DNA from: Thermoproteota archaeon
GTDB lineage: Archaea > Thermoproteota > Thermoprotei_A > Sulfolobales > Ignisphaeraceae
Length of the DNA stretch: 64,000 nucleotides
Reading direction: 5' to 3'
Assembly: GCA_030550585.1 (NCBI GenBank)
Contig: JAUQPB010000001.1
Location: forward strand, 480,001-544,000
The position numbers and the translations under genes are program-made. This document shows, one piece after another, positions 51,592 to 60,334 of the stretch (positions are counted from its first letter, which is position 1; each line of letters opens with the position of its first letter). Under the pieces are notes generated by a model, which saw only the letters and a program-made list of their open reading frames with translations, was not told where the DNA came from and searched no databases.

Positions 51592-53320
51592 ACAGAGAAT
51601 AGAGAATGTAGCACTGAAATACGCTGTAGAGAATAGGCTAAGGTATGGAGAGGCAAAGCAAGGCCCTGTAATGAATAAGGTATTGGGAGAGCTTAAGGAG
51701 TTTAGACATTTGGCCAAAGAGATAGCAGGGATTGTCTCTAAGGTTCTAACATATGTTAATAGTTTAAGCATGACAGAGCTGAAGGAGCTTGCAGAAAAAC
51801 TTGGCCTTGTCGAATCACGCGAATCTAAGAAGGAGGAGAGGGTACTACCTCCACTTCCAAATGTTGATATGTGGGGAAATGTTGTAACAAGATTTGCTCC
51901 AAACCCAGATTTTCCGATACATCTTGGAAATGCTAGAGCAGCTATTTTGAGTCATGAATATGCAAGAATGTACAAAGGAAAGTTTATACTTAGATTTGAA
52001 GATACTGATCCAAGAACCAAACCACCCCTTCCATTCTCATATCTGATAATTGAAAAGGATCTAAGATGGCTTGGAATAACATGGGATGAGAAATACATTC
52101 AGAGTATGAGAATGGATAAGTATTATTCAATTGCAAAGAAGTTGATAGAATTAGGATATGCTTATGTTGATCTATGTAAAAAAGATGTTTTTAGAGAATA
52201 TAGAAACGCTGGAAAAGCCTGCCCACATAGAGATATGTCACCAGAGCAGCATCTGGAGCTTTTCGATAAGGTCATTGCAGGAGAGTTTGGAGAGGGAGAG
52301 GCTGTTATAAGAATAAAAACAGATTTGTCGCATCCAGATCCAGCTATAAGAGATTGGGTGATGTTCAGAATTATAGATACTACTAGGAATCCCCATCCAA
52401 TAGTTGGGGACAGATATAGACTCTGGCCAACATACAACTTTGCAGCAGCTGTAGACGACCACCTCATGGGGATAACACATATATTGAGAGGCAAGGAACA
52501 TGCACTAAACACTGCAAAGCAAATATACATATACAAGTATCTTGGGTGGAGATATCCAGAAGTCGTCAACTTCGGTAGAGTCGGTCTAGAAGGACTTATA
52601 CTAAGCAAAACCTGGATAAAGAACCAGCTGAAAAACAATCCTGAGAAATTCATGGGTTTCGACGACATTAGATTTGCAACTATATCCGGCCTTAGAAGAA
52701 GAGGGATAGTACCAGAAACAATCAAGGAAATTATCCTTAGTCTTGGCCTCAGCCCTGTTGATGCGAGGATTAGCTGGGTTAACCTAGCAGCAATCAATAG
52801 AAAGAACGTTGATCCAATAGCAAAGAGGATCTTCGTTATATGCAACCCTGTCAAGGTTGTGATAGAGGGTGTTGAAACGCCTAGAGAAATCGAAATACCG
52901 TTTCACCCAGCAAAGGATCTAGGTAAAAGAAAATTAGTCTTAGCAAAACCCGAGGTTTACATATCCTCAAAAGATCTTGAAAACATTAATCAAGGAGCTG
53001 TTATAAGGCTCATGGAGCTTTTCAACATCGTCATCGAAAGAAACTCAAAAGATGGTATTATTGCCAAGTATCACAGCGCATCATTGGATGAGGCAAAGAA
53101 ATGGGGAGCTCCAATCATCCAGTGGGTTCCATGCAACGATAGCATAAAAGTCGATTTGCTGAGGGTAGAGGGTATGAAGATTCGAAAAGAGCATTGCATT
53201 GGAGAGTCATCATTAAAAACGTTGAGAGAAGGGGAGATAATACAAATGGTTAGATTGGGCTTTGGAAAAATAGAGAAAATATCTAAAGCAAGGATATCGA
53301 TTATATATAGCCATGAATAA
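51563..53320 (+). CDS. gltX: Glutamyl-tRNA synthetase (archaeal, presumably non-discriminating)
   Basis: TRFAPNP, HLGN, LRFEDTDP, ITHILRGKEH, LSKT; ATG after GGTGAGG. Confidence 0.96.
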   Translation: MSSQSLDAIKQRIENVALKYAVENRLRYGEAKQGPVMNKVLGELKEFRHLAKEIAGIVSKVLTYVNSLSMTELKELAEKLGLVESRESKKEERVLPPLPNVDMWGNVVTRFAPNPDFPIHLGNARAAILSHEYARMYKGKFILRFEDTDPRTKPPLPFSYLIIEKDLRWLGITWDEKYIQSMRMDKYYSIAKKLIELGYAYVDLCKKDVFREYRNAGKACPHRDMSPEQHLELFDKVIAGEFGEGEAVIRIKTDLSHPDPAIRDWVMFRIIDTTRNPHPIVGDRYRLWPTYNFAAAVDDHLMGITHILRGKEHALNTAKQIYIYKYLGWRYPEVVNFGRVGLEGLILSKTWIKNQLKNNPEKFMGFDDIRFATISGLRRRGIVPETIKEIILSLGLSPVDARISWVNLAAINRKNVDPIAKRIFVICNPVKVVIEGVETPREIEIPFHPAKDLGKRKLVLAKPEVYISSKDLENINQGAVIRLMELFNIVIERNSKDGIIAKYHSASLDEAKKWGAPIIQWVPCNDSIKVDLLRVEGMKIRKEHCIGESSLKTLREGEIIQMVRLGFGKIEKISKARISIIYSHE

Positions 53321-53392
53321 GCTGTTTCAAAATATCTTAAATACCCGAGTGAATGAGTAGGTTTTGTAAACAAGATGTGGAAGGGATAAAAG

Positions 53393-53779
53393 ATGTCGAA
53401 ACCATTTTACGTAAAATTTGAGGTTCCTCCAGACATAGCTGAAAAAGCATATCAGGCACTGAAAAAAGCAAGAGAGACAGGAGGGAAAATAAGAAAGGGA
53501 ACAAATGAAGTAACAAAAGGTGTTGAGAGAGGTCTATGCAAACTAGTGCTCATAGCCGAAGATGTTGACCCACCAGAGGTTGTCGCACACCTGCCTCTGC
53601 TATGTGAAGAAAAGAAAGTTCCATACCTTTATGTACCAAGCAAAAAGAGATTAGGAGAGGCGGCAGGCATAGAGGTTGCAGCAGCTTCAGCATGTATAGT
53701 GGAGCCTGGTGAGGCAAAGGCCGAGCTAGAAGAACTTGCGTCGAAGTACCAAGAGCTTAGAGCAAAAGCTGGTAAGTAG
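53393..53779 (+). CDS. rpl7ae: Ribosomal/sRNP protein L7Ae
   Basis: [26 protein letters not shown]. Confidence 0.98.
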   Translation: MSKPFYVKFEVPPDIAEKAYQALKKARETGGKIRKGTNEVTKGVERGLCKLVLIAEDVDPPEVVAHLPLLCEEKKVPYLYVPSKKRLGEAAGIEVAAASACIVEPGEAKAELEELASKYQELRAKAGK

Positions 53780-53848
53780 CAAGCAGATACAAAACACATT
53801 AACAACTTTTTATAATAGATAAAATAATCGTTTTTACATAGAATGTAT

Positions 53849-54127
53849 TTACCTCCTTACTGTAAGCTTTCTAGCCTCTCTCTCAGTTTCTCTCAGTATG
53901 ACTATATCGCCAACCCTAACAGGCCCCCTGACATTTCTGGTTAGAATTCTGCCTTTATCCCTACCCTCAAGTACCCTAACCCTCACTTGTATAACCTCGC
54001 CTGTAACACCTGTCCTACCAATTATTTGCACAACCTCAGCTGGAAAACCTATTTTTTCAACAACATTTATCTCATACTCTTTGCTCCTATCTTCTACAAC
54101 AACATTGGGCACTTCTAACACCTTCAA
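53849..54127 (-). CDS. rps28e: 30S ribosomal protein S28e (start uncertain)
   Basis: [29 protein letters not shown]. Confidence 0.96.
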   Translation of the reverse strand: MKVLEVPNVVVEDRSKEYEINVVEKIGFPAEVVQIIGRTGVTGEVIQVRVRVLEGRDKGRILTRNVRGPVRVGDIVILRETEREARKLTVRR

Positions 54128-54205
54128 GTAATGCTACTCATAGTGGCTTAATATGTTGAAGAGAGCTTTTAAGCTTTACCAAAAGAAACTAGGCTATGAA
54201 AAGGT

Positions 54206-54400
54206 GTGGTGTTGCAAATGGTCTCGAAACATGTTTGCAGCTATTGTGGAAAAAGCATAGAGCCTGGTACTGGGCTAATGTTTGTGCAAAACGATGGTAG
54301 TATAATGTGGTTCTGCTCTAGCAAATGCTATAAGAATTATCGATTGGGTAGAGATCCAAAGAAACTGCCATGGACTAGACTATACCTTGGTAGGAGATAG
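54206..54400 (+). CDS. rpl24e: 50S ribosomal protein L24e (start may be ATG 54218)
   Basis: [23 protein letters not shown]. Confidence 0.96.
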   Translation: MVLQMVSKHVCSYCGKSIEPGTGLMFVQNDGSIMWFCSSKCYKNYRLGRDPKKLPWTRLYLGRR

Positions 54401-54412
54401 AGGCAGCACATT

Positions 54413-56230
54413 CTACAAATTCTTTAGCAAGATCATGTATTCAGGCTCTTTAGACGCTTTAATCTTTAGAATCTCTTTGAGCACCTCAATACTATCCGGA
54501 GTTAACATAGATCTAAACTTTGTTGCCAGCAGTTTTGCGTGCTCTAATGGAACATCTGTGTATAGAACATCCCCTTCATGGATGTGACGTCCAACCATAA
54601 CATTTCCTCTAATGGATATTGCGACCTCTTGACCCATTCTAGCCTCTTTTAAAGTTTGGCCCATGTGCTGAATCTGAAGTATCTCACCAATTCTTTTTCC
54701 ATCGGCTCTCATGAGAGGGTTGCCAGGTTTTATCAGCCCCCCAACAACCTCTACTCCAACTATTGCAGGATCGCTTCTCCTAAATACAAAGCCTGGTAGG
54801 ATTTTTATCTTTCCTGGTGGTATCACCAATTCAAACTCTCTTTGTAGCTCCATCTTCTTCTCATTTTCTACCCACTGTATATACTCCTCTACGAGTCTAT
54901 ATATGATGTTGTTTGAAAACACCTTTATACCTTCTTTTTTGGCCAGTTCTTCGGCTTCTGGCAAAGGCTTTGTGTTAAAGAGTAGAATTACACCAAGGTA
55001 TTTATCTGCTTTTGCAACAAGCGATGCTTCAATAACATCTCTCTTTGTTAATGGCCCTACATCAGCTATACGAACAGGGATTCCATTTTTGGTAAGGGCA
55101 TATACTATAGCCTCTAGAGTTCCAAGCGTATCAGCTTTAATCACAACACCATTAACATCTCTTCTGAATCGCACAGCCTCAACTTCTTCTTGCACAAGTT
55201 TCTTGTAGTTCTCCACCTCATTTTCCTGTGGAACTACATAAAGCGGAGACCCGGCTAGAGCATCCTCTAGCCCAGGTGCCACTATTCTAATTCCTGCCGC
55301 TGCTGACACCAATTCCACTGTTCTAAGCTCTGTTTTGGCAACCCTTATGTCTGTTGTAGTCTTTGGCATTAGAATGGCTCTTACCCTTGTGACTATAGAT
55401 CCGTTGGCTCCAGCCAACACTATTATATCCCTTTCTTGTATAATACCATCATATAGAATAACATCTATAGCTGTTCCATATCCTGGTTGCTCCTTAACCT
55501 CAAGCACAACACCCTTTCCAGGACCCTCAGCATACAAAAGCCTGTCACCAATATACTTCTGAGCAACTCCAGCTACGACAGCCAGAAGTTCTGCAATCCC
55601 CTCGCCTGTCTTTGCTGAGACAGGAACTATTGGTACTGTTGCCAAGAAGTCTCTGATTCTCTCAAACAAATCGGCAGAGATTCCATAGTTTGATAATTGA
55701 GCAATTAATTTGTAGAGCAGATTATCTAATTTCTTAACAACTGCTTGATCCTGTTTTTTCAAGCTTATAGAAATTGGGGTGTCAGGATTTGGCTTCCAGC
55801 CGGGTATCTTATCTATTTTGTTAGCTGCTATCACAAAGGGGACTTTTCTAGATCTTAGTATTTCTATGCTTTCCAAGGTCTGGGGCATTACACCTTCATT
55901 AATATCTATCACAAGAATTGCTATGTCTGCAACACTTCCACCTCTCTTTCTGAGATTAGAGAACAATTCATGGCCTGGGGTATCAATAAACAATAAACCG
56001 GGTATAGTCAGTTTGATGGGTATGATTTTTTTGAGAGGCTCTATAACTTTTTCGATAACTGATATCGGAATATTACTGGCACCTATATGCTGTGTCATCT
56101 CACCAGCTTCTTTCTTTACAACAGCTGTACCCCTAATCTTATCTAATAGCGTTGTCTTCCCGTGGTCCACGTGTCCAAGAACAACTACTATGGGTTGCCT
56201 AAGCCTTTTTGTTGTATTCATAATTGTCAC
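54413..56230 (-). CDS. infB: Translation initiation factor aIF5B (IF-2)
   Basis: LRQPIVVVLGHVDHGKTTLLD, DTPGHE, KADTLGTLEA. Confidence 0.98.
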   Translation of the reverse strand: MTIMNTTKRLRQPIVVVLGHVDHGKTTLLDKIRGTAVVKKEAGEMTQHIGASNIPISVIEKVIEPLKKIIPIKLTIPGLLFIDTPGHELFSNLRKRGGSVADIAILVIDINEGVMPQTLESIEILRSRKVPFVIAANKIDKIPGWKPNPDTPISISLKKQDQAVVKKLDNLLYKLIAQLSNYGISADLFERIRDFLATVPIVPVSAKTGEGIAELLAVVAGVAQKYIGDRLLYAEGPGKGVVLEVKEQPGYGTAIDVILYDGIIQERDIIVLAGANGSIVTRVRAILMPKTTTDIRVAKTELRTVELVSAAAGIRIVAPGLEDALAGSPLYVVPQENEVENYKKLVQEEVEAVRFRRDVNGVVIKADTLGTLEAIVYALTKNGIPVRIADVGPLTKRDVIEASLVAKADKYLGVILLFNTKPLPEAEELAKKEGIKVFSNNIIYRLVEEYIQWVENEKKMELQREFELVIPPGKIKILPGFVFRRSDPAIVGVEVVGGLIKPGNPLMRADGKRIGEILQIQHMGQTLKEARMGQEVAISIRGNVMVGRHIHEGDVLYTDVPLEHAKLLATKFRSMLTPDSIEVLKEILKIKASKEPEYMILLKNL

Positions 56231-56353
56231 CTCTCTTACTGGAGTAAAGGTGATTTCAGAATATAAGGTGTTATGTAAAAGATTTTCAAGATAACTTTTT
56301 AGGGTTTGTCAGATAGGATATTGTCAACTGCTGTAGTAAGGTGTTTAAGGTAG

Positions 56354-57013
56354 ATGCCAGAGTTCAAGATAGTGGTCTCCGATCCTAGAGTAAGAGAGCT
56401 GAGGATAGTGCCTGTTAAAGTTGTTGGCTCTCCCGATATCGAGTATAGCGAAAAGCATAAGGAGCAGAGAGAACTTGTTGTAGGTAAGGCAAATCCAAAG
56501 CTAATAGAATTGATAAAGCCTGAGCTAGGCGTTGCAATAATTAGAATATGGAAAAACAAGGCAAATAGAGAGAAGGTCAATATAGCGACAAAGCTAGTTG
56601 AGGATTCTTCACTTGATATTCAGACAGTGGTTGTTCCAGAGGCGCTTCTACGCGAGAAGATAGGCTCTGCAGAGGCTTTAGGAGAGATATTCCGGGCTCC
56701 AGCTTTTCAGCTAAGGGTAGGTGGTGCAGAGGCCTCTAGGCTGATTGGAATGAGGATTGGTGATAGAATAGATGGCTCGATAATAGGCCTTCCACAAATT
56801 GTTTTAGAGATTAGAGGGGGGTCAGATTTAGCAGGCTTTCCGATGAGAAAAGACATAAGCGGTGCGGTTAAAAAATATGTTCTACTAGCCTCAGGACCCG
56901 GTTTTAGACCTAAAGAAGAAGGAGAGAGAAGGAGAAAGTTAGTGAGGGGCAATACCATATCCGAGGATATTGTTCAGATAAACACAGTAGCTATTTTGAA
57001 GAGCGGAAAATAG
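56354..57013 (+). CDS. rps6e: 30S ribosomal protein S6e (long form)
   Basis: FKIVVSDP, IRGGSDLAGFPMR, GERRRKLVRGN, IVQIN. Confidence 0.95.
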   Translation: MPEFKIVVSDPRVRELRIVPVKVVGSPDIEYSEKHKEQRELVVGKANPKLIELIKPELGVAIIRIWKNKANREKVNIATKLVEDSSLDIQTVVVPEALLREKIGSAEALGEIFRAPAFQLRVGGAEASRLIGMRIGDRIDGSIIGLPQIVLEIRGGSDLAGFPMRKDISGAVKKYVLLASGPGFRPKEEGERRRKLVRGNTISEDIVQINTVAILKSGK

Positions 57014-57068
57014 GTAACAACATTTTTATTTTGATAGGAAACCTTTCTGGCTACATAGGTGCTTTCAA

Positions 57069-58301
57069 ATGCCTGCCGTAGAAAAACCTATACCAACTAT
57101 TTCCATAGGTGTTGTGGGTCATGTTGACCATGGGAAAACCACTCTCGTGCAAGCGCTCACAGGTGTTTGGACGGCTCGGTATTCAGAAGAGCTTAAAAAG
57201 TCTATGACCATATACCTCGGCTATGCCCAAACATCCATATTCCGTTGCAACAATCTCAAACCTCCAGACTCGTACATAACATCTCCTGGTTCCTGTGGAG
57301 AAAATTCTCAGCCAGAGTATGTTAAAACAGTGTCATTTGTTGACGCCCCAGGTCACGAGATTCTCATGGCAACAATGCTTTCTGGCGCATCGCTAATGGA
57401 TGCTGCCATAGTTGTTATAGCCGCTAATGAACCTTGCCCCCAGCCGCAGACACGTGAGCATGTTAAAGCACTTGAGATTCTTGGCATAAACCAGGTTGTA
57501 ATAGCTCAAAACAAGGTTGATGTTGTTCCTAGGGAAAAGGTGTTGGAGAATTACAAACAGATAAAGCAGTTCTTAGAGAGTACACCATATTCTAATGCAC
57601 CCATAATCCCTGTGAGTGCTTTGCACAAAGCTAATATTGGAGCTATTGCAATGGCTATTGCAAAGCTCTTTAAAGAGCCTGAGAGGGTTCTTGGAAAGCC
57701 AGCTATAATGCAGATTGCTAGGAGTTTTGATGTTAACCTGCCTGGCACGCGACCGGAGATGCTTGTTGGCGGTGTTGTTGGAGGTGGGGTTATAAGGGGT
57801 GAGATTAGAGTTGGAGATGAGGTGGAGATAAAACCTGGTGTAAGAATTGAGGTAAAGGGGAAGGTCAAGTACGAACCCCTAACAACAGAGGTGGTAAGCA
57901 TTAGATATGCTGATGTGGAATCAGATTTTGCTAGACCCGGTGGGCTAGTCGCCATAGGCACAAAGCTTGATCCATCACTAACTAAAAACAATAGGCTGGC
58001 GGGGCAAGTTCTTGGACACAGTGTTCCAGACCCCGTTAACGATATTTCGATAGAGTATAGAATGCTTGACAAAATAGTTGGAGCTAGAGAGCTCGAAGCA
58101 CCTCCTCAACTTAAATCAGGAGAGAGAGTTTTGCTTATTATTGGTACAGCTAACGCTAGTGCAGTGGTTCAGAGAGTTACTAGTGATGAAATGGAGGTGA
58201 AGACAGACAATCCTGTTGTGGTGCTTGAAAAAAGTAAGGTTGCGATTCTGTCAAAGGTAAAGGGTAGATGGAGACTTATTGGCTGGGGGATTGCGAGATA
58301 G
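57069..58301 (+). CDS. eif2g: Translation initiation factor 2 gamma subunit
   Basis: GHVDHGKTT, DAPGHE, PQPQTREH, RSFDVNLPG, RWRLIGWG. Confidence 0.97.
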   Translation: MPAVEKPIPTISIGVVGHVDHGKTTLVQALTGVWTARYSEELKKSMTIYLGYAQTSIFRCNNLKPPDSYITSPGSCGENSQPEYVKTVSFVDAPGHEILMATMLSGASLMDAAIVVIAANEPCPQPQTREHVKALEILGINQVVIAQNKVDVVPREKVLENYKQIKQFLESTPYSNAPIIPVSALHKANIGAIAMAIAKLFKEPERVLGKPAIMQIARSFDVNLPGTRPEMLVGGVVGGGVIRGEIRVGDEVEIKPGVRIEVKGKVKYEPLTTEVVSIRYADVESDFARPGGLVAIGTKLDPSLTKNNRLAGQVLGHSVPDPVNDISIEYRMLDKIVGARELEAPPQLKSGERVLLIIGTANASAVVQRVTSDEMEVKTDNPVVVLEKSKVAILSKVKGRWRLIGWGIAR

Positions 58302-58699
58302 CCAAATGTGTTATTGTTTTGGATACGAGCATACTACTTTTGGTTGCAGATGGTCTAGCATCATTTGACAACATATATGATGTAGATTATGGTTGTAGGC
58401 TAGTGGTTATCAAACCTGTTCTCCAGGAGATTATAGATATTTCGAAGCGGGATCTTGGTAAAAAGAGTAGGTTGGCAAAGTGGGTTCTAGAAAACATTAT
58501 TCCAATGGTAGAGATCGAAGACTTTATCTTTGAAGGATCTGTAGATGATGCGTTAATAGCTTTTGCAAAGGATCTCCGTGATAGAGGATTCAAAGTTTTT
58601 ATAGCTTCAGCTGATAGAAAAGTAAGAGAAAAGGCTATGAAGGAGTCCATAGAGGTTATTGTCTATAGATCTTCTGAGAAGATTTTTGAAACTCTATAA
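58268..58699 (+). CDS. PIN-domain protein (Fcf1/Utp24-like); start uncertain
   Basis: VLDTSILL, VDDALI, ASADR; canonical position between eif2g and rpoE1. Confidence 0.8.
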   Translation: METYWLGDCEIAKCVIVLDTSILLLVADGLASFDNIYDVDYGCRLVVIKPVLQEIIDISKRDLGKKSRLAKWVLENIIPMVEIEDFIFEGSVDDALIAFAKDLRDRGFKVFIASADRKVREKAMKESIEVIVYRSSEKIFETL

Positions 58700-58765
58700 C
58701 CATAAGCTTTTAAGGTTGTTTATGTAGTAGGAAATAGCGTGGATAGAATTTTTGGTGAGGTCTAT

Positions 58766-59302
58766 TTGTTTAGATTGTATAGACTGAGAGATATTGTAAG
58801 AATAGACCCATCAAAAATTAATAGGGCTATTGAAGAGGTGGCATTTGACGAGCTCAGAAAGAAGTACGAAGGGCTAAAAGATAAAAATCTTGGCATAGTT
58901 ATAGCAATAACAGATGTTAATGTAGATCCAATGGGCTATATACCTATAGGCGATGGAGCACCTTATCATAGAGTTGAATTCACTGTAGTTGCATATGTTC
59001 CTCTAGTTAGTGAGGTTGTTGAAGGGGAGGTTGCAACGGTTGGGAGAGGTGGTATAACAGTTTCTCTAGGTCCAATTGAGGGCTTTATACACATACAGCA
59101 AATAGCAGATGACGAAGTTTCATATGATGTTGCTAGAAACATTATTGTTTGCAAAAACACTAAAAGATTTGTTATGCAAGGAGATATAGTTAGAGCTAGA
59201 GTAACAAGCGTTTCTCTTGGAGCCGTTGGAAGACCGCCTAGAGTTACCATGACCATGCGTCAGCCGTATCTAGGCAAGCTTGAGTGGATTTCAAAGAAAT
59301 AG
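58766..59302 (+). CDS. rpoE1: RNA polymerase subunit Rpo7 (E')
   Basis: GDGA, EVVEGEV, GFIHIQQI, MRQPYLGKLEWI; TTG after GGTGAGG. Confidence 0.95.
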   Translation: MFRLYRLRDIVRIDPSKINRAIEEVAFDELRKKYEGLKDKNLGIVIAITDVNVDPMGYIPIGDGAPYHRVEFTVVAYVPLVSEVVEGEVATVGRGGITVSLGPIEGFIHIQQIADDEVSYDVARNIIVCKNTKRFVMQGDIVRARVTSVSLGAVGRPPRVTMTMRQPYLGKLEWISKK

Positions 59303-59314
59303 TTTATATTTGAT

Positions 59315-59364
59315 ATGATGATCCTTGTAAGGGCTGACTAAAATGATGTTACCGGGGATACTGA
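59315..59364 (+). ncRNA. Box C/D methylation-guide sRNA
   Basis: C ATGATGA, guide TCCTTGTAAGGG, D' CTGA, C' ATGATGT, guide TACCGGGGATA, D CTGA; 50 nt with canonical spacing, intergenic. Confidence 0.88.
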
Positions 59365-59368
59365 AGCA

Positions 59369-59764
59369 ATGGTCTGGATTAGTAAAAGAGAGATAGCCTA
59401 TTATATTATTCTAAGAAAAGTTTTTAACAACAAATCGTTTAATTTGGGCGAAGCATTAGATGTTCTTTCTCTATTTGGCTCCAAGAATATTGGAAGAAAA
59501 ACATTAAAAAAACTTGTCAAAAAAGGATTTCTTGAGAAGACCGGGGCCCTAGATTATAATATAGTTGAACTTGAAAAAGCTTTCGAAAAGCTTCTGCTAG
59601 GCTATATGATACAGAGACTCTATAGAAATTTAAAGTCAAGAGGATATAAAGTTGTAATTGATTTGAAAAACAGTTCTGTTATAGTTGAATGTGACCAAAG
59701 GCTGGAAAACATCATAGCAAACTTAAGTATTGTTGGCATAGATGTGAAGTGCAAGCAGAAATAG
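59369..59764 (+). CDS. Hypothetical winged-helix-like protein
   Basis: FNLGEALDVL...RKTLKKLVKKGFLEK pattern; normal coding composition. Confidence 0.6.
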   Translation: MVWISKREIAYYIILRKVFNNKSFNLGEALDVLSLFGSKNIGRKTLKKLVKKGFLEKTGALDYNIVELEKAFEKLLLGYMIQRLYRNLKSRGYKVVIDLKNSSVIVECDQRLENIIANLSIVGIDVKCKQK

Positions 59765-59828
59765 CGTTGGCAATTGAGGGTACTCTAAAAAAGTTTTTAT
59801 GAAAATAATTGATAATTGTTAATCTTCT

Positions 59829-60131
59829 CTAATCCTTCTTTGTTATGACTATCTCTATTGTTGAAACTCTGCTTTGTCTACCATCGCTACCTGTTATTGT
59901 TTGGCTACCTATTGTAATGTTCTTAACTTCGATTTTTCCTGGTAGGAATCTGTTTCTAACAATTTCTATAGCGTCTACTGCTTTGCTTATTGCCCTACCT
60001 CTAGCCTTGACAACAACTTCGTTAACTCCTTGGTTTAATAGTGTCAACATTGCTAGCACATAATTCATGACAGGTTTTTTGCCAACCAATACTGTGTTTG
60101 CAGATGTGGGTGCTTGGGCTTGTGACATCAC
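59829..60131 (-). CDS. albA: Chromatin protein Alba (start may be ATG 60128)
   Basis: [30 protein letters not shown]. Confidence 0.97.
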   Translation of the reverse strand: MMSQAQAPTSANTVLVGKKPVMNYVLAMLTLLNQGVNEVVVKARGRAISKAVDAIEIVRNRFLPGKIEVKNITIGSQTITGSDGRQSRVSTIEIVITKKD

Positions 60132-60253
60132 TTATCCACCTTTTACTTCTAGATTCTTGTTTGTTTGTAGATAATTTTGAGACGGCTAGGGATTATAAAT
60201 TTATTTGCTACACGAGTTTTTTGCAACCCATTTGCATATAATGTATTTTACAT

Positions 60254-60313
60254 CTGAAAACCTGGTTCTTCAGGGCTGGAAAGAGGCCAGAGTTGCAAGA
60301 CCAAGGCTCTCAG
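60254..60313. other. GC-rich imperfect hairpin, candidate structured RNA/leader
   Basis: Nested complementary segments CTGA/TCAG, CC/GG, TGGT/ACCA, CTT/AAG, CTGG/CCAG, followed by a T-rich tract on +. Confidence 0.45.
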
Positions 60314-60334
60314 TTCTTTTGTATTTTTTCATGG

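Noticed and set aside
53340-53412. Possible autoregulatory K-turn in the rpl7ae leader
   Set aside because: Expected from other archaea, and a weak hairpin over the start codon can be drawn, but I could not build a canonical K-turn.
56390-56700. ~90-aa insertion in S6e
   Set aside because: Long S6e forms are known in Sulfolobales and related crenarchaea.
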